Part shown: in pieces, positions 59,063 through 64,000 of the stretch
How positions within the stretch are numbered: the first letter of the stretch is position 1
Layout: each line of letters opens with the position of its first letter
Assembly: GCA_001643675.2 (NCBI GenBank)
Contig: LSRY02000028.1
Span: forward strand, 186,001-250,000
From: Monocercomonoides exilis PA203
Taxonomy: Eukaryota > Protista > Preaxostyla
Reading direction: 5' to 3'
DNA length: 64,000 bases
Notes under the pieces: model-generated
Database searches by the model: none
The model's input: the letters and a program-made list of their open reading frames with translations, nothing else
What the model was told of the DNA's origin: nothing
Made by a program: the position numbers and the translations under genes

Positions 59063-59369
59063 TGCGAAAAGGTTCGTTATATTCCATAACGTTTCGATGA
59101 AAATCAAAAAAGAAAAAGTGAGAAGATCATAAATCATTATTTTTTTTTCAGTGAGAGCAATGGCTCATAACAAAAATTCTGGAAACAATAAGAGTAATAA
59201 TTATGTATTCGTTTGTTTGACAAATACAACAGTAAATTCAATATTGTGTCTCCTTTTAAATTATAGAAATAAAATTTCATTTATTCTTTTATTTCTCCAC
59301 AATTACAACAAAATATGATCAAAGAAATTATTGATATTTTTAACAAATGCACTAAATGTGTTTCAAATA

Positions 59370-60504
59370 TTAATGAAATCCAAATAGTGCATGCTTGAAC
59401 ACATGCGTTGCTAATGCTGTTGATTGTTCAGAAAGAATCTTCTGAGCATCCTTCAAAAGTGTTGAAAACGCTGTCTTCTTTCCACGTCCATCAGCCGCTT
59501 GATTGCTGCTCATTTGCTGCATCTTCTGAGACAATTCAACAAGCTGTTTTGTATAATAATCTTGATTCTAATTTTTAATTTAAACATATTCGAATAATCA
59601 ATAGTGAAAATAATATGATGTTCAAATTAAATAAATGAATAAGCACACAAGTAAAAATTGCGTTGTGGAAACGGTGTTCACCCAATATTTTCTCTGTAAT
59701 GCAGTTAGAACTCTTTTATCTGTTGATGATTGGAAAAATGTGGTATCCAATTTGTAATATCGATGAGCCTGTGAACCCCAATCCTCAAACTTAGCTTGGG
59801 GAACTGATTGATATTCTAATTGAGATGTTTCTGGTTGATATCCTTCTGGATATGTTCTGAATGCTCCAATCTCTACTCTTCCAGAGGACATTGTTCGCAC
59901 AGGATCAACAACAATTGCCAAATATGGATCAAGCGCTTGGTTAAGCGATTGTGTTGCAACATCAATAGCAGACATCCAACATCCGTATCCAGGATGCGAA
60001 TGATACCATCCAACTATTTGTTCGGGTCGTTCCAACTGATTAAATAAAAGAAAGCGAAAATTTTTTCATATTATTTAAGAATTGTTATTTAAATAAACTC
60101 ATTTTCAATCAAAAAGCAATCACACCTCCGTTGATAAAATAGCATATTGTGCCATGTATGAGTTTGCTTGATCTCCTGCATTGACTCTTGTCTCTGTTCC
60201 TTCAACAGGAAGAGCGAAAGCATCCATAACATAAAATGTATTTGGCGTTACTTTTCCCTGTAAAATCCCCATGACCTCGAGCTTGCCTCCCGCACATGCG
60301 TGCATAACTAATTTAAGTAAAGCTAAAGCGGATATCTTCACATTCTGAAAATATTTTGGACTTAAAAAATTGCCAAATTAAAAATAAGTTAGTACTCAAA
60401 AGAAAGCTATACTTTTCCTTCCATGGCATCTTATCAGTAAATGCTCGCTGTTGTTCAGCGTCATAACGAAAAGGCTCATCTGGATCCGAAAAACGCTGGG
60501 TCAT
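59370..60504 (-). CDS. CSN5: COP9 signalosome subunit 5 (JAMM deneddylase); multi-intron
   Basis: [49 protein letters not shown], intact JAMM motif [40 protein letters not shown] and KYWVNT. Confidence 0.97.
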
Positions 60505-60648
60505 TATAAAACAAATTTTCAATATGGGTTAGTGATATTTGCATCACAGTTTCTTGTTCATTTTACAGATATATTGATCATTAACTTTTGAATTGGTCAC
60601 ATTCTTTTATAAGTGTTTCCAACCAAAATTTTTTTCGTTTTCTTATAA

Positions 60649-62605
60649 ATGTCTGATTTCAACGTAGATAATGATATACCAAAGAGTTTTAAAGTACTAA
60701 CTTGTATTATGTTGTATCATAAATATTATGATTTTTGTCTTTCCTGTTTTACTTTTGTTTGCAGAGATTATTAGCTGTTACAAAGAGAAAACAGCTCAAC
60801 CAAAGGATTCCAAAAGGTCCTGATAGGCCTCGGAATATTGACTTCGAAGAAGAATCAGAAGATAATGTTTGAATGAAGTTTTATCGTATATATTTTTATG
60901 TTTTTTGAAAATCAGTCTTCTGATTATGAAATCAGAGAAGATGAAAGACTGGCTGAATTTGGGTATGCGGCTTGTTTATTTGAATGAATGAAAAAAAATT
61001 CTATTTATGATATGATGAAATTCTATTTATTTTATTTGTTTAGCGCTCGTTTACGTCAAAATAAGGCACATGAATTAAGAAAGGAAAGGGTGAAACAGAC
61101 AAATCGGTACAAAAAAAGAATGGAGTATGTGAGCTCGAACTTTTTTAGATAACTTTGTACATATTCGTTGTTTTAAACGTAGATTTCTTGAACGAAAGAA
61201 AGAGAAGCAAAAGAAAACAAAAGAAAAGAAAGCGCATAAAGATGAAGATTCTTCATCTGAGGATGAGAACACTTCGTTTGGATTAAATCGTGGAAATTTG
61301 AGAGCAGAAACGGATATTCAGAAGAGATGGACAGTGAAACTTCCAGATGAAATCGAAGCTTTGCAAGAACAGAAGAAAGGAAAAAAAAGAGCGCTGGCAT
61401 CTGAAAGTGGAAAGAGAAGAATGGAAGAATTGAAAAAGAAACGAAAGAGAGATGATGAAGGTTTGCCGGATGAAGAAAAGATGAAGGTGGATGAGCTTCT
61501 ATCTGAAATCACGCTTTTTGGAGGAGGAGGTCGTAAAAACAGAGCAAGTGGAACGTCAAGCAAAAGTCGAGCTATGAAAAGGATTAAGCGGGAAGAAGAG
61601 AAAGAAAGAAAGAAGCTTCTGAAAGAAAAGCTTCAAAGAGAAGAAAGAGAAAAAGAAAAGAAAAGACAAATGAAAGAGAAGAAGAAGAGAGCGCAGCAAA
61701 AGATGAAGGAGCAGAAAATGAGAGAAATGCAAGAGGCGGAAGAAATGAAAATGAAGGAAAAAAGAGAAGAAGAAGCCAGCAGCCAAAAGGTGCTTCATGA
61801 AGCAAAGCTCATTGAAACAGCAGTTGTCGACGACGCGCAATTGCTCAAAGAAATAAACACATCAACACCTGCAGCGAAGCAGAAGAGAAATGAAGAGAAA
61901 GTGAAAACGCTTCTTCTCACATCAATGCTGAATTCATCCAAAGGAACTTCTTCGCATTCAAAAGCAACAACAAAATTAGTACCAACAGAACAACAAGAAG
62001 ATGAAAAATCTTCGGTTTCTGAATTCCCAACTTCAACTTCAGTTCCTATCAAAACTACAATTTTTCCTGCTTCTGCTTCGACACACGTTGTCCCAGCTTC
62101 TGCAATGCCCCGACCAGCAAAGCGAGCATCAGCAGTATCGGCCATCTCCTCTTCTCCGTCGATGGAACAGTCGAAACTGCAGAACAGTTCAACTTTATCA
62201 ACAACACTTACAAATCCAATGGATAAAACGTTGGCTGTTATTAAGCCAGCAAGGGATGTATGGGAGAAGCCAACAATTGTTCTTCCGTATCTGAAAGCAA
62301 TGGAGAAGAAGAAGAAAGCGAAGCGGAATGCTGAAATGAGAGGGTTTGATGATGAAAGCAGCATGGACGATGAATACAGCGATGAGTCGGATGATGACTC
62401 GTCAATTGGAGGAGACGAAGATAGTTCGGAGGAAGATTACATTCAGGAGCTGAAAGAGAAGCAAAGCAGATATCAGGAAATGGAACGAAATGAAGAAAAA
62501 GAAAGGCAGGCAAAGAAAAACAGAAGAAAAAGAGTGAAGAAGATGCTGTCACAGACATGGGCAAAGAAAAATGCTGATAAATTAGCTGGAGACAGGTTTG
62601 ATTGA
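60649..62605 (+). CDS. Hypothetical Lys/Glu-rich coiled-coil protein, possibly nucleolar; four short 5' introns
   Basis: ATG 60649 (MSDFNVDNDIPK) splices through GT-AG introns in frame into the 61298-62605 ORF. Basic NLS-like runs and an acidic tract. Confidence 0.65.
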
Positions 62606-63008
62606 AAAAAAGTAACAAAAATGTGATTAGCAACCCCATATCACTTCGCTTTTAAACATTTCAAATAAATTATAAAGAGCATTCATTTCATAATTAAAAA
62701 ATACAGGGAATGTTTTATTGATTCCAGTTTCAAATTTTGATAAATCAGCAAGAAATCTTATCTCATTTGTATTATTTGCCCACAAAAAAATTAAGAAATG
62801 AGAAAGTGTTCATACAAAAATCGATAGTAAAGATAAAAGATTCATAAAAACATTAAAGAAACGAAAATCTCACATGAAAAGAAAACGGAGATTTCAATTT
62901 TTTAAAAGGAAAGTTATGTCACATTAGTCTAAGATTTACCGAAAGAGTGATCCTGAATAGATCAGATGAAATAAAGCACATGAGAGTGTGTATGTGTGAA
63001 ATGGTAGT

Positions 63009-64000
63009 TTAATCATAATATCTGAACGATATCTCTTCAGCACCATCGGTCAGTCCCTTTCGCGTTGTTGCATCGTCGATGCTCTTCCACTGTGTCTTCC
63101 TCTTCTTTTTCTTCCTTCGAAATGCCTGTGAATACAAATAGCATGCAACTGCTCCAAACAGCAGCAGAATAAAGAAAGGCACCACCAACCCCACCATAAG
63201 CACATTGATGTGTCTATCACCAGCATTATTCTGGTGCAGTATGGTCAGTCGGAGCGTCTCGCCAGCCCACACTCGGCCGCCGTCGCAGGATATGTCCATA
63301 AAGAAGTACAGAGGTGCATCATCGCCCAGATTCAGCACATTCATTACTTGTGGTGTGAGCAAATAGAACTGGTATCGGCTGGTTGCCTCAGTTGGCACTG
63401 CTTCAAGTGTGAAGTTTTTCTCTTTTGGATTTGCATCTTCGTCGTTAGAATCCTTCGGGCGCGTTAAGCGAAGGATCGGATTGAACGGTGTTATGCCTCG
63501 TCCTTCAATCTTCATCTGCGGAAGAAGAGGATAGTCTTCCACATTCACTTCCCGGACGCTGCTCTGCAGAGATGTTGGGGCAGGATACTGGCACGGATAA
63601 ACATCACTCAAACCTTTCGTAAAGGAATTGCATATATCATCGCATAGGAGATTTGGAATACCATCATTTGCCATGTAATTAGATTGAATCTCTTTGAATT
63701 GATCAGAACTTTGTGACATTTTATATTTGCTATCTCTTTCGTTGAATAAAAGTGAACCACTGTTGGACATTTGATTAGAAGTTGTACTGAAGAAGTTCTT
63801 CTGATCGACCCGAAGATAACTGTCTGTGCAAACAGCATCCATTGGCGACGTTTTTGTGAGATAGCGATGCTGGTTGTCGTAAAAGTTGGATTCCTTTACA
63901 TGGACATATCCTCCGTTTTCAACGTGAATGGCACCGTCCATGTTTGTACCGAAATAGCAGCTAGAAAGCCTCATAATTAAAGTCTCTGAAGGAACTACAG
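63009..64000 (-). CDS. 3' part of a single-pass membrane protein (Cys-containing ectodomain, TM helix, basic cytosolic tail); start lies outside the window
   Basis: Beta-helix-like GAIHVENGG; TM VLMVGLVVPFFILLLFGAVACYLY followed by RRKKKKRK; ends in RYYD. Confidence 0.7.
   Translation of the reverse strand, partial: VVPSETLIMRLSSCYFGTNMDGAIHVENGGYVHVKESNFYDNQHRYLTKTSPMDAVCTDSYLRVDQKNFFSTTSNQMSNSGSLLFNERDSKYKMSQSSDQFKEIQSNYMANDGIPNLLCDDICNSFTKGLSDVYPCQYPAPTSLQSSVREVNVEDYPLLPQMKIEGRGITPFNPILRLTRPKDSNDEDANPKEKNFTLEAVPTEATSRYQFYLLTPQVMNVLNLGDDAPLYFFMDISCDGGRVWAGETLRLTILHQNNAGDRHINVLMVGLVVPFFILLLFGAVACYLYSQAFRRKKKKRKTQWKSIDDATTRKGLTDGAEEISFRYYD

Noticed and set aside
1-64000. CRISPR arrays, rRNA, tRNA or snRNA genes, telomeric repeats
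   Set aside because: I saw no spaced direct repeats or recognisable RNA-gene signatures by eye. A covariance-model scan would be needed to exclude small RNAs.

Overview
This is eukaryotic, gene-dense DNA with AT-rich intergenic regions, many short GT-AG spliceosomal introns (donors often GTTTG or GTGTG) and long poly-Ser/acidic insertions in proteins. It is not prokaryotic. The repetitive gene families and overall style point to an oxymonad metamonad, most likely Monocercomonoides; this is inferred from recalled family motifs, with no search run. The genetic code is standard, since TAA, TAG and TGA all end conserved genes. Recognisable genes are topoisomerase II, MKS1, a bacterial-type [4Fe-4S] L-serine dehydratase with introns, a GPAT, transketolase, SNAPC1, RRP45, IFT43, a CAMKK-like kinase with a ~2,700-aa tail, VPS52, VPS36 and CSN5. 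There are also several hypothetical genes and three degraded members of lineage-specific expanded families. Non-genic structure includes a 303-bp near-perfect foldback (16053-16355) inside a possible Mutator transposase relic and a ~530-bp MITE-like element with terminal inverted repeats (49648-50179). I saw no rRNA, tRNA or CRISPR array, and no single novel multi-gene system that I can support. The best leads are the foldback, the divergent TOP2 ATPase domain, an 8-kb receptor-pseudokinase frame broken only by nonsense codons, and a split E2F-like winged-helix protein.
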